From: Mobula hypostoma | Taxonomy: Eukaryota | Length of the DNA: 64,000 nucleotides | NCBI RefSeq assembly: GCF_963921235.1 | Contig: NC_086108.1 | Span: 60,762,001 to 60,826,000 of the forward strand | Direction: 5' to 3' | Shown: positions 40,050 to 53,098 of the stretch, piece by piece | How the letters are laid out: each line of letters begins with the position of its first letter | Position numbering within the stretch: the first letter of the stretch is position 1 | Notes under the pieces: generated by a model | What the model was told of the DNA's origin: nothing | The model's database searches: none | The model's input: only the letters and a program-made list of their open reading frames with translations | Position numbers and translations under genes: made by a program

Positions 40050-41430
40050 AAGAGATTCTGCAGACAGTGGAAATCCAGAGCAACACACACAAAATGCTGG
40101 AGGAACTCAGCAAGTCAAGAGGCATCTATGGACGGGAATAAATCGTCCATGTTTTTGGACCATAACCCTTCATATCAGCACTGTACAGGACGGAGGCAGA
40201 AGTCAGTAAAAGGTGTAAGCTAGCAGGTTATGGGTGAGACCAAATGAGGGAGAAAGTGGGTATGTGGGGGAGGGGAGAATGAATACGAAGCTGGAAGGTG
40301 ATAGGTGGAAGGGGTAAAGGGCTGAAGAAGAAGGAATCTAATAGGAGAGGACAACAGACAATTGAAAAAAGAGGGAGGGGAACCATGAGGTGGTGATGGG
40401 CAGATGAGAAGGGGTGAGAGGGTAACTAGAATGGGGAATGGATAAAGAGAAAAGGACAGAGGGGGAAGAAGTTACCAGAAGTTGGAGAAATCGATGTTCA
40501 TGCCATCAGGCTGAAGACTCCCCAGAAGGAATCTGAGGTGTTTGCCCCCTCCAACCTGAGTTTCCCTCAGCATGGCAGTAGACACATCAAACTGAGAACT
40601 GGAAGTTGAATAGCAATGGATAGCCACCAGGAAATATTGTCTTTTGTGACAGACTGAGAAAAGTCCTCAACAAAATGTCAGGTCTCACTGATGGAGAGCA
40701 GGCATCACCAGGAGCATCAGGTGCAATAGCTGACCCTAACAGACTTGCAGATGAAGGGTTGCCTCATTTGGAAGGACTGTTTGGAGCCCCAAATAGTGGT
40801 GAGGGAGGAGGTGTAGAGGCAGCGTATCACCTGTCACACTTGCAGGTTTAAGTGCCAAGTGGAAGGTTAGTGGGGGAGGTACGGGTGGACAAGGGAGTGA
40901 GGTATGGAAATAGAGAGTGGGAGAGTGGAGGGAAAGATGTGCTTAGTGAGAAGATCCTGTTGGAGATGGTGGAAACTAGGGAGAATGATGTGCTGGATAA
41001 AGAGATTCCAGGGATGGTAGATAAGGACAAGGGGAACTCTATCCCTGTTATGACGGCAGGACGGAGTGAGGGCAGATGTACGGGAAGTGGCTGAGATCGA
41101 GTGAGGGCAGCATTGGTAGTGGTAGAAGGGAAACCCCATTTATTTAATTTTTTTAAAAAAAGGACACTATCCTCTCATATTCTACCCATCTTCTTTAGGC
41201 CTTTACCTCTTCCACCTCCCAGCTCTTGGCTCACCCCACATACCTCTCACCTGGTATCACCTGTCACCTTGTACTCTAACCCTAACCCTCCCCACACCTT
41301 CTTATTCTGACTTTTGCCTCCTTTTTTTCCCCAATCCCGATGAAGGGTTACAGCCTGAAACGTCAACTGTTTATTCCCCTCAACAGATGCTGCCTGACCT
41401 GCTGAGTTCCTCCAGCATTTTGTGTATGTT
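40050..41430. mobile_element. Degraded Penelope-like element with inverted terminal repeats
   Basis: Minus-strand RDRVPLVLIYHP and terminal repeat at about 40050-41135; plus-strand terminal repeat at about 41170-41430. Confidence 0.8.
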
Positions 41431-42897
41431 ACCCTTCTCTCTTAAAAGTTGTCTCAGTGTTCAATGCTTTAATGTTTTTCTATTGGTAAACAAATCCCTA
41501 CAATTTAATGCGTATAAGTAGAAAATGGGCTAGAATGCCCAGATGTATTTTTTAATATATTGCCCTGAATATTGCTGGAGACTATATTTTCTCCAACATA
41601 ACAATTGTTGACTGGAACAGTGAGGGAAATACAAGGCCTCTGGCAACATTCTTCAGGCTGCTCCAAAAGGTGAAAGATTTTATATTCAACATATTCATTC
41701 CCACAAGAACATTTTGATATACCAATAGACTCAATGTTAGCTAAAACATTAAAGCAACAAACAAGAATACAAATGTGGACAATCTGCAGAGTTTATCATT
41801 TTGCATGTTTTTCCTATGAGTGCGTATTATACCAACAATTAAAAAAGGAAAACTACTGTGGATGATGGAAATCTAAAATGAAAAGATGCTGGAAATGTTC
41901 AGTAAGTTAGAAGCATTTATGGAGAGGCCAATAAACAAAGATAAAATTTTGTATTAATGATCTTTTGTTAGAATTTCCAATTGTGGATATTTAACGTCAA
42001 ATCGTTTTGCATGAAAAATATAGTTTATCTCCTATTTTATCTCCCAGTTATTTCCAATCTCTTGTCATTAAAAGGTCATTGACCTGAGACATCAGCTGTT
42101 TTCTCACTTCATGTTCAGTGCCTATCCTGCCAGCAGTTTCTGTTTTTTTTTTATTCTATTTCATTGAAACGTGGTTGTCATATTGCAGACCTTCATTTTG
42201 CCAATTTATGATTTTGCCAGGAATACGAACTAAAAAAGAATTATTTACTGTTAAATCTGCTGGAAATTTTCTGACAATAGATACTTGATCATTTGTTAAT
42301 TGAAGAGATCGTCAAGTGAAAGGAACAAAAACCATTGATGAATTACTGTTTTCACTACAAAATGAGTTGTTACAGTCTAACATGCACATTTTAATTAACA
42401 CCTAGAGGAAAAAAAAACTTGTGCCCAAATTAATTTCCAGAACAACTATCTTGTTGAGTGCTGAAAACAACTGATTTCCAGCCTTATTATATTAGCAAAG
42501 AATGTTAATTTCCATTAATTCAGAATTTTAAACTGCAATTGTTAACATCTTCACTGCACTAAATAAATAAATAACAGTAAAACAAAGCACACAGGGTGAG
42601 AGAAGTAGTATTATATCTGAAAAAGCCATACAAAAGGAAAATTGTATTAGAATCCAAAACAGAAACTGGAAACGTTTAGCAGATCAGGCAGCTTTTTTGG
42701 AAAGAGAAACGATTATTTCCACAGTTGCTGCCAAAATCTTGAGATTATTGTTTGATTCCTTCACTAGTTTTGTGATTTACTCACCTTTAGCTACATGTAA
42801 TAAATTATTCCATTATCAGGACATGCAATAATTTATTACACATAACTAAAGGTGAATAAATCACAAAATTAGTGATTTGTGAAGGAAGTATATTTAA

Positions 42898-45800
42898 AAC
42901 TGGAGCAGGAGCTGAATGACCTGCGGATCATTCGGGAGAATGAGGAGATTATAGATAGTAGCTACAGGGAGGTAGTTACGCCAAAGGAGCGGAGGACAGG
43001 AAATCGGGTTACTGTCAGACGAGGGAAGAGGAAAGGGCAAGCAGAGCAGGGTTCCCCTGTGGCCATTCCCCTCAACAACAAGTATACCGCATTGGATACT
43101 GTTGGGGGGGATGACTTACCTGGGACAAGCTGCAGTAGCCGGATCTCTGGCACTGAGTCTGGCTCTGCAGTGCAGAAGGGAGGGGGGAAAAGAGGAGAGC
43201 AGTAGTGATAGGGGATTCGATAGTTAGAGGTGCAGATAGGAGGTTCTGTGGTCGTGACAGAGAATCCGGGATGGTTTGTTGCCTCCCGGGTGCCAGGGTC
43301 AAGGATGTCTCTGATCGATTGCATGACATTCTGAAGTGGGAGGGTGATCAGCCAGATCGGTACCAATGACATAGCAAGGAAGAGTGAGGAGGTCCTGGAG
43401 AGTGAGTATAGAGAGCTTGGTAGGAAGTTGAAAAGCAGGACCTCAAGGGTGGTATTCTCAGGATTGCTACCTGTGCTAGGTGTCAATGAGGGTAGGAATA
43501 GGATGCTCTGGAGGATGAACAAGTGGCTGAGGAACTGGTGTAGGGGGCAGGGTTTCAGATTTCAGGATCATTGGGACCTCTTCTGGGGCAGGTGGGACCT
43601 GTACAAGAGAGACGGGTTACACTTGAACTACAGGGGGACCAATATCATTTCAGGGAGGTTTGTTAGTGCTGTTGGGGAGGCTTTAAACTAGATTTGCAGG
43701 GGGATGGGAACCAGATTACCAGAGCTGACAGTATGGCTGGGGTGAAAATAAATGATGTTAAGAGTTCAAGCAAATCCGCTGATAGAAAGGTTGAGAATGG
43801 CGGTAAAAATCTTCTGAGGTGTATATATTTCAATGCTAGGAGTATTGCGGGGAAGGCGGATGAGTTGACGGCGTGGATTGACACATGGAATTATGACGTT
43901 ATAGCAATTAGTGAGACTTGGCTACAGGAGGGGCAGGACTGGCAGCTTAATATTCCAGGGTTCCGATGTTTCAGATGTAATCGAGGCAGAGGAATGAAAG
44001 GTGGGGGAGTAACATTGCTTGTTAGGGAAAATATTACAGCAGTGCTCAGGCAGGACAGATCAGAGGGCTTGTCTACTGAGTCCTTATGGGCGGAGCTGAG
44101 AAACAGGAAAAGTATGGCCACATTAGTGGGATTGTATTACAGACCACCCAATAGTCAACGAGACTTGGAAGAGCAAATCTGCAGAGAGATATCAGGCAAC
44201 TGCAGGAAACATAAAGTTGTGGTGGTAGGGGATTTTAACTTTCCATACATTGATTGGGACTCCCATACTGTTAGGGGTCTAGATGGTTTAGAGTTTGTAA
44301 AATGTGTTCAGGAAAGTTTTCTAAATCAATATATAGAGGGACCAACTAGAGGGGATGCAATATTGGATCTCCTGTTAGGAAACGAGTTAGGACAAGTGAC
44401 GGAAGTCTGTGTGGGGGAGCACTTTGGTTCCAGTGATCATAACACCATTAGTTTCAATTTGATCATGGACAAGGATAGATCTGGTCCTAGGGTTGAGGTT
44501 CTGAACTGGAAGAAGGCCAAATTTGAAGAAATGAGAAAGGATCTAAAAAGCGTAGATTGGGACAGGTTGTTCTCTGGCAAAGATGTGATCGGTAGGTGGG
44601 AAGCGTTCAAAAGGGAAATTTTGAGAGTGCAGAGTTTGTATGTTCCTGTCAGGATTAAAGGCAAATTGAATAGGAATAAGGAACCTTGGTTCTCAAGGGA
44701 TATTGCAACTCTGTTAAAGAAGAAGAAGGAGTTGTATGAAATTGTACAGGAAACAGGGAGTAAATCAGGTGCTTGAGGAGTATAAGAAGTGCAAGAAAAT
44801 ACTTAAGAAAGTAATCAGGAGGGCTAAAAGAAGACATGAGGTTGCCTTGGCAGTCAAAGTGAAGGATAATCCAAAGAGCTTTTACAGGTACATTAAGAGC
44901 AAAAGGATTGTAAGGGATAAAATTGGTCCTCTTGAAGATCAGAGTGGTCGGCTATGTGCGGAACCAAAGGAAATGGGGGAGATCTTAAATAGGTTTTTTG
45001 CTTCTGTATTTACTAAGGAAACTGGCATGAAGTCTATGGAATTGACGGAATCAAGTAGTGAGATCATGGAAACTGTACAGATTGAAAAGGAGGAGGTGCT
45101 TGCTGTCTTGAGGAAAATTAAAGTGGATAAATCCCCGGGACCTGACAGGGTGTTCCCTCGGACCTTGAAGGAGACTAGTGTTGAAATTGCGGGGTCCCTG
45201 GCAGAAATATTTAAAATGTCGCTGTCTACGGGTGAGGTGCCGGAGGATTGGAGAGTGGCTCATGTTGTTCCATTGTTTAAAAAAGGATCGAAAAGTAATC
45301 CGGGAAATTATAGGCCGGTGAGTTTAATGTCGGTAGTAGGTAAGTTATTGGAGGGAGTACTAAGAGACAGAATCTACAAGCATTTGGATAGACAGGGACT
45401 TATTAGGGAGAGTCAACATGGCTTTGTGCGTGGTAGGTCATGTTTAACCAATCTACTGGAGTTTATCGAGAAGGTTACCAGGAAAGTGGATGAAGGGAAG
45501 GCAGTGGATATTGTCTACATGGATTTCAGTAAGGCCTTTGACAAGGTCCCGCATGGGAGGTTAGTTAGGAAAATTCAGTCACTAGGTATACATGGAGAGG
45601 TGGTAAATTGGATTAGACATTGGTTCAATGGAAGAAGTGAAAGAGTGGTGGCAGAGAATTGCTTCTCTGAGTGGAGGCCTGTGACTAGTGGTGTGCACAC
45701 AGGGATCAGTGCTGGGTCCATTGTTACTTGTCATCTATATCAATGATCTGGATGATAATGTGGTAAATTGGATCAGCAAATTTGCTGATGATAAAAAGAT

Positions 45801-46700
45801 TGGGGGTGTGGTGGACAGTGAGGAGGGTTTTCAGAGCCTGCAGAGGGACTTGGACCAGCTGGAAAAATGGGCTGAAAAATGGCAGATGGAGTTTAATACA
45901 GACAAGTATGAGGTATTGCACGTTGGAAGGACGAACCAGGGTAGAACATACAGGGTTAATGGTAAGGCACTGAGCAGTGCAGTAGAACAGAGGGATCTGG
46001 GAATACAGATACAAAATTCCCTAAAAGTGGCGTCACAAGTAGATAGGGTCGTAAAGAGAGCTTTTGGTACATTGGCCTTTATTAACCAAAGTATTGAGTA
46101 TAAGAGCTGGAATGTTATGATGAGGTTGTATAAGGCATTGGTGAGGCCGAATCTGGAGTATTGTGTTCAGTTTTGGTCACCAAATTACAGGAAGGATATA
46201 AATAAGGTTGAAAGAGTGCAGAGAAGGTTTACAAGGATGTTGCCAGGACTTGAGAAACTCAGTTACAGAGAAAGGTTGAATAGGTTAGGACTTTATTCCC
46301 TGGAGCGTAGAAGAATGAGGGGAGATTTGAAAGAAGTATATAAAATTATGATGGGTATAGATAGATTGAATGCAAGCAGGCTTTTTCCACTGAAGCAAGG
46401 GGAGAAAAAAACCAGAGGACATGGGTTAAGGGTGAGGGGGGAAAAGTTTAAAGGGAACATTAGGGGGGGCTTCTTCGCACAGAGAGTGGTGGGAGCATGG
46501 AATGAGCTGCCAGATGAGGTGGTAAATGCGGGTTCTTTTTTAACATTTAAGAATAAATTGGACAGATACATGAATGGGAGGTGTATGGAGGGATATGGTC
46601 CGTGTGCAGGTCAGTGGGACTAGGCAGAAAATGGTTCGGCACAGCCAAGAAGGGCCAAAAGGCCTGTTTCTGTGCTGTAGTTTCTATGGTTTCTATGGTT
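42898..46700 (+). mobile_element. Near full-length CR1 LINE (partial ORF1 with SGNH esterase domain, ORF2 APE endonuclease + RT; frameshifted)
   Basis: ORF1 VVIGDSIVRG, GTNDI, DGLHLN; ORF2 YFNARSI, ISETWL, VGDFNFP, SDHN, YMDFSKAFDKV, QGSVLGP, KFADD; (TTTCTATGG)n tail; frameshifts near 44740 and 45700. Confidence 0.96.
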
Positions 46701-46754
46701 AAAAGTTAGAAAGATACAAATGCAGGCAAAATGGAAATATCTCTATAGAAAACT

Positions 46755-46985
46755 ATATCTCGTGTCCCTTTTGCCAATCACCTGTCCAGCTCTTGGCTCC
46801 ATCCCTCCCCCTCCTGTCTTCTCCTATCATTTTGGATCTCCCCCTCCACCTCCAACTTTCATATCTCTTACTCACTCTTCCTTCAGTTAGTCCTGACGAA
46901 GGGTCTCGGCCTGAAACGTCGACTGCACCTCTTCCTAGAGATGCTGCCTGGCCTGCTGCGTTCACCAGCAACTTTGATGTGTGTT
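46755..46985 (+). mobile_element. Penelope terminal repeat fragment
   Basis: Near-identical reverse complement of about 31430-31660. Confidence 0.88.
46887..46925 (+). ncRNA. Minimal type I hammerhead ribozyme motif
   Basis: ttAGTC-CTGACGA-AGG gtctcgg CCT-GAA-ACGT-C-GACTg. Confidence 0.75.
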
Positions 46986-47039
46986 ATCTGCAACAAGTGA
47001 TGTGCCTGTGTGCCTTTGCAGAAATTCAAAATGCAGAAA

Positions 47040-47776
47040 TGCAGAGATGCAAAGGGACTACAGAGTCCTTGTGCAGGATACCCTAAAGGTTAACCTCCAG
47101 GTTGAGTCAGTTGTGAAGAAGGCAAATGCAATTTTGGCATTTATTTCTAGAGGTATAGAATATAAAAGCGGGGAGGTGATGTTGAAGCTCTATAAGGCAC
47201 TCGTAAGACCACACCTGGAATACTGTGTGCAGTTTTGGGCTCCTTATTTTAGAAAAGATATACTGACATTGGAGAGGGTTCAGAGGTGATTCTCGAGAAT
47301 GATTCCAGGAATGAAAGGGTTACTGTATGAGGAACATCTGGCAGCTCTTGGGCTGTATTCTGTGGAGTTCAGGAGAATGAGGGTGAATCTCATAGAAACA
47401 AACCAAATGTTAAAAGACCTGAACAGACTAGATATGGCAAAGTTATTTCCCATGGTCAGGGAGTCTAGGACAAGACGGCACAACTTCAGGATTAAAGGAC
47501 ATCCATTTAGAACAGAGATGCAGAGAAATTACTTTAGTCAGAGGGTGGTAAATCTGTGGAATTTGTTACCATGAGCAGCTGTGGATGCCAAGTCATTGGG
47601 TGTATTTAAGGCAGAGGTAGATAAGTTCTTGATTAGCCAGGGCATCAAAGGGTATGGGTTGAAAGCAGGGGAGTGGGGATGACTGGAAGAATTAGATCAG
47701 CCCATGATTGAATGGCACAGCAGACTCAATGGGCCAAATGGCCTACTCCTGCTCCTATATCTTATGGTCTTATGGA
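47040..47776 (+). mobile_element. CR1 3' fragment
   Basis: LYKALVRPHLEYCVQFWAPY, FSQRVVNLWN, (CTTATGGT)n tail. Confidence 0.9.
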
Positions 47777-48121
47777 TCTGTGATGCAACTGCAAGTTTTA
47801 CATTGCACTTTGTGCATACGTATACTTGTGCATATGACAATGATGTGACTTTGACTCTATAATGTTTTCTCCCTAAAACATGTCTTCATACAAGGAAGGA
47901 AAATCGCTGGAGACAAAGTAGGAAGGAATATTAAACGGGAAAAATAAAACAAATTACTTCTATTTTTATTTCAGATTTCCAGCATCTGCAATTTTTTTTA
48001 AATTTTCAGTAAATTGTTATGGATTATATTGATGCAGAGTACAAAAAAATCTGAACTTACAGAAGTACAAGTTTAAGACATGTCAAATTTTGTTTCAAAC
48101 TCACAAAAAATTCTTCTCTAC

Positions 48122-48186
48122 CTTTGCAGTAAGAGATCCTCTTTCCATTTTTTCAAATCCCAAAGCAAGGATACAATCAGCCAGTC
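48122..48186 (-). CDS. SCP2: SCPx exon 5 (GLADCILALGFEKMERGSLTAK)
   Basis: 65 nt, ttttaag| acceptor, AAG|gtagag donor; GFEKM motif. Confidence 0.95.
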
Positions 48187-48850
48187 CTTAAAACATCGGA
48201 GAAGTATATTATATTCTTATAATGTTCGTGTGAATAGAAATCAGTTATTAGAATTATCCATGAAGTTAGCCACAGATTATCCATTACTTCGATTTCAATT
48301 ATACTCAACAATGATATTTTATCCTAAAACATTTGGTCCATCATGTTCAAATCTATCTCTATCTGTACTTGAGTACCCTACCAGTCATTTACTGGAAAAT
48401 CTGACCTCCGCCACCATTACAGACAGCTGGTATGTAATAAAAGATCTTGATAACCCTGTCCACAAATTGTGCAAGTCGAACTCAGACAGGAAAGTGCAAT
48501 TTAGCAGTAATTTACTGTAACAAGATGTTTCAAAGTACTTCAGAGGAACATTAATCTAAATGAACATGACTAATGTAACCAGGTATCACAGCAGCTGACA
48601 CTGAACTTGTTGGTTTAAGGATTCTTCTGTACAAATAAGGAGAGACATGGAAGCTTTAGGGAGGGAATTCCTTGGATTAGAGTTTTTGTAACGGAATCCC
48701 TGGTCATTTAAGGATCAGTGATTTTAAAGTACGGCACAACTAATAGAGCCAAGGCTTCACAAATCCAGCAACCCTAGTTCAATCCTGACCTCTGCGTGTA
48801 CAGAATTTACATAATCTCTGAACCAAAACCAAATTTATTATCATTGCCTT

Positions 48851-49695
48851 TGTTACGTACCCCGAAACTGGGTTGCCAAACCAGCAGAAATGGATCACTC
48901 AGTTGGAGTCTAGAGTACTAGAACTAAGAAAGTCTTATTAAAGAAACAAGCAACACAGTAATCGAAAGGATAATAACTGCAACAGTTCAGTGATGATAAA
49001 CACACATGTGCACAGAATTAAGATAACAGCATCAATCAAGCTCTATCGTTGTCTAGGGGTAAATGACCAAATTTCAAAATGACTCAAAGTTCAGTTCGCA
49101 GTAATCGTTGCCATGGCGATGGACAACGTGGGGGAAGAGACAGAGAGAATAGGAACAACTGATCATTCAGAACACTGCTTCACTCACAGACCAGCGAGAT
49201 GGCTCACAAACAGCTTTTGGGCGGGTCCTTGGTGATGTCACCTGAGGTCACCGACTGTGACCCCTCCTCCAGATGCGGTCGATCCTCTGCAGTGAACCCG
49301 GCACCCAGGCAAGGGCGGACACACACCGGGTTCCCGCTGATCGTACCTTTCCACCCTTGTCGTTGTCTGATACTTCTCACCCATTCGCGAGAGGCGCACC
49401 GCTTCCAGGGTCTCGTTACCTCGGGTGGCGTGTGTCCCTGTCTTAGCGAACCTGTCCCTTTTTATCCCCCTGCTGGGGTATCGCCTGTCCATCACTTCAA
49501 ACAGTTCAGGGTTCAAAGGGGGGAGCCGCTCCAGACAGCTCTCTCTCCCACATCCCTTCATTACACATCTCCAGACGCTGCTCCATTGTTCCTTATCTCT
49601 CCTTCCCCTGAGGGCAGGTGGCAGACCAACTGCTGATGCCACTGATGCTAGCCCAGGCCAGCAAACATCTTAATTTTATGTGTATTCTCGTAACA
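48851..49695 (-). mobile_element. Solo LTR (845 bp)
   Basis: TGTTACG...CGTAACA termini, perfect TSD CCTT; same family as 16745-17633. Confidence 0.9.
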
Positions 49696-50360
49696 CCTTA
49701 TATGACATGAAATTTGTTGTCTTGCAGCAGTGGTACAGTGCAAAGGCATAAAATTACTACAAAATAAGCAAATAGTGCAAAACAAAAAGGAAGGGCCTTC
49801 CTGCGATTATAAGGGTTTCCTCTGGGTGTTCTGGTTTCTTCCCAAGTCCCAAGAAATGTGCAGGCTGATAGTTTAAATGGTCATTGTAAGTTGCCCAGAA
49901 TGTGTAGGTGAGTGGTAAAATCTGAGGGATGGACAGAGGTGATAACCATATGGAGAGAATAAAATGTCAATTTCCTTGCTGTATGTGACTCTGAAATCTT
50001 AGATATTCAAGGCTGTAGTGGGAGGAGTTCAGAAATCTGAGAGACAGGGGTTTAAATGAGATTATCAAAGTGGAACAGCAAGCAAAAGGAGATTTAAGAA
50101 CTAACTTACAAATTCTGAAACTGAGACACTGCCATTCCAGGAAGCCCAGGTGTGACGATAGAGACTGCAAACAAGGACAGACTGATGATACAGCAACATT
50201 GCAGTCAATGGGATGAGTCGCAATGTAAAAGGGACAAAATTGAAAAGGGTGATGAATACAGGACTGAAGGTGTTACATTTGAATGCACACAGTATATGGA
50301 ATAAGGTAGATGAACTTGTAGCACAATTACAAATTGGTATGTATATATGAATGGCACGTA

Positions 50361-51649
50361 CAGTGATGCTAGAAGGTTTGTGAACACTGTAGAATTTTCT
50401 CTCTTTCTACATAAATGACCTAAAATATGATCAGATCTTCATGCAAGTCCTAAAACTAGATAAAGAGAACCCAATTAAATAAATAACACAAAAAACATTA
50501 CATTCGTTCATTTACTTATTGAGAAATATAATCCAATACTACATGTATTTGTTGGAAAAAGTATGTGAACTTTTGCTTTCAGTAACTGGTGTGACACCCT
50601 TGTACAGCAATAACTTCAACCAAACATTTCTGGTAACTGTTGATCAGTCCTGCACATCAGCTTGGAGGAATTTTAGGCCATTCCTCCTTATAAAACTGCT
50701 TCATCTCTGGGATGTTGGTGGGCTTCTTTGCATCAACTGCTTGCTTCAGGTCTTCCCATATTTCTACAGGATTAATGTCAAGACTTTAACTTGGCCATTC
50801 CAAAACATGAATTTTCTTCTTTTTAAACCATTCTGTTGTGATTTACTCTCATCTTTCAGATCATTGTCTTGTTGTATTATCAAACTTTTATCAAGCTTCA
50901 GGTAAAAGATTGCTACCCTGACATTCTCCTGTAAAATGTCCTGACACAATTTTGAATTCATTGTTCCTTCAGCAATTACAAGCTGTTCAGATCCTGAGGC
51001 AGTAAAGCAATGGCAAACTATGGTGCTCCTTCCACCATGCTTCACAGTTGGGATAAGGTTTGGGTGTTGGTGTGCAGTGCTCTTTTTCCTTCAAACATAG
51101 CAATGTGCATTTCTGCCAAAAAGCTCAAGCTCTGTCTCATCTGTCCACAGAACATTGTCCCTGAAATATTGCAGAACATCCAGATGGGCTTTTGCAAACT
51201 TGAGATGGGCAGCAATGTTTTTGTTTTGGACAGCAGTGGTTTCCTCTGTGATGTCCTTCAATGAACACCATTCTTCTTCAGTGTTTTTCTTATAGTGGAC
51301 ACATGAACAGAGACTTTAGCAAATTCTAGTGATTTCTGCAGGTCTTTTGCTGTTACCCTTGTGTTCTTTTTCAACTCCTTCTGCATTGCACATGGTGCTC
51401 TTGGTGTGATCTTTGCAGGATGCCCACTCCTAGGGAGTTCTTTTATTTGTAGACAATTTCTCTTAATGTGGACTGATGAACACTCAGGTCTTTAGAAATG
51501 CTTTTCTCGCCTTTTCCAACTTCATGCGTCTCTACAATTCTTCTTCTAAGGTCCTCTGAAAGTTGTTTTGATCAAGGTATGGTGAACATAAACAGATATT
51601 TTTTATTTGAGAAGAGCCAGCTCTGTTAGTAACCTGACTTTTGTGTGTC

Positions 51650-51715
<66 letters not shown>

Positions 51716-52038
51716 TACATACATATATATATATAGCAGAAAACCTCTACAACCCACACCTCCAATCTCATCTCATTGATTGAAACACCTGATGCAGAAC
51801 AGTTTTTGTAGAAGGCATTACCCCAGAGGTTCACATACTTTTCCAACAAACACATGCAATACTGGATCATTTTTCTCAATAAATAAATGAACAAGTATGA
51901 TGTTTTTGTGTTACTTATTTAATTGGGTTCTCTTTATCTAGTTTTAAGACTTGCGTGAAGATCTGACCAAATTTTAGGTCATACTTATGCAGAAATAGAG
52001 AAAATTCTACAGGGTTTATAAACTTTCTAGCACCACTG
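50361..52038 (-). mobile_element. Full-length but decayed Tc1 transposon with long (about 210 bp) inverted repeats
   Basis: TA|CAGTGATGCTAGAAGGTTT...AAACTTTCTAGCACCACTG|TA; transposase KHGG.S...F.ASG and QQDND motifs on minus; interrupts a CR1 fragment. Confidence 0.92.
51654..51735. repeat. (TA)n / (CA)n microsatellite inside the Tc1 element
   Basis: Direct inspection. Confidence 0.95.
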
Positions 52039-52040
52039 TA

Positions 52041-53098
52041 TTATGTATGGGCATTAAAGAATCGTGGCTGAAATATTATAGCTGGCAGCTTAATGTCCAA
52101 GAGTACACATTGTTTCATAAGGACAGGCAGGTAGGCAGAGGAGTGGGGTGGCTCTGTTGGTAAAGAAATTAAATCAATCATTAGAAAGAGGTAACATAGT
52201 ATCAGAAGGTGTAGAAGCCTTGTGGATTGTGTTAAGAAACTGCAGGGTAGTAAAAAGGCCCCGATGGGATTTATATACAGACTTCTGAACAGTAGCAAAG
52301 ATGTGGTCTACAAATTACACAGGGAGATAACAAAAGCATGTCAAAAGGGCAATGTTATGATAGTCAAGGGGGGATTTCAATATGCAGGTAGATTGGGAAA
52401 AACAAGTTGATTGAAAATCAGGCTGAATCCCAAGAGGGGAAATTTCTAGAATGCCTACAAGATGGCTGTTTAGAGTAGCTCATGGTTGAGCCCACTGGGG
52501 GGTGAGCCTTTCTGGATTGAGTGTTGTGCAATTAACTGGAATTGATTAGAGAGCCTAAGGTAAAGGAACCCCTAACGGCCAGTGATCATAATATTATAGA
52601 ATTCACCCTGCAATTTGAAAAGGAGAAGCTAAATTCAGATGTATCAGTATTACAGCAGAATAAAGAGAATTAGAGGCATGAGAGAGGAACTGGCCAAAAT
52701 TGATTGGAAGGGAACACTAGCAAGGATGACAGCAGAGCAGTAATGGCTGGAGTTTCTGAGAGCAATTTGGAAGGCACAGGATAGATCCATCCCAAAGAAG
52801 TATTCTAAAGGCAAGATGACAGAACTGTGGCTAACAAGAGAAGCCAAAGCCATCACAAAAGCTAAAGAGAGGGCATATAATAGTGAGAAGCTACAAGATT
52901 GAGAAGCTTTTAAAAACCATCAGAAGACAACTAAATATATCATAAAGAAGGAAAATATTGAATATGAAGGTAAGCTAGCCAATAATATTAAAGAGGTTAC
53001 CAAAAGTTTCTTTACACATATAAAATGTATAAGAGAGGCAAGAGTAGACATCAGACCACTGGAAAATTATGCTGGAGAGGTGGTGATGGGGGCCAAGG
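52041..53098 (+). mobile_element. Degraded CR1 endonuclease region (5' part at about 50140-50345)
   Basis: LNAHSIWNKVDEL before the Tc1; GGVALL, GDF, ASDHNIIEF after it. Confidence 0.75.

Noticed and set aside
43694..46623. Longest ORFs (360, 336, 311 aa) as a host gene
   Set aside because: They are frameshifted pieces of CR1 ORF2
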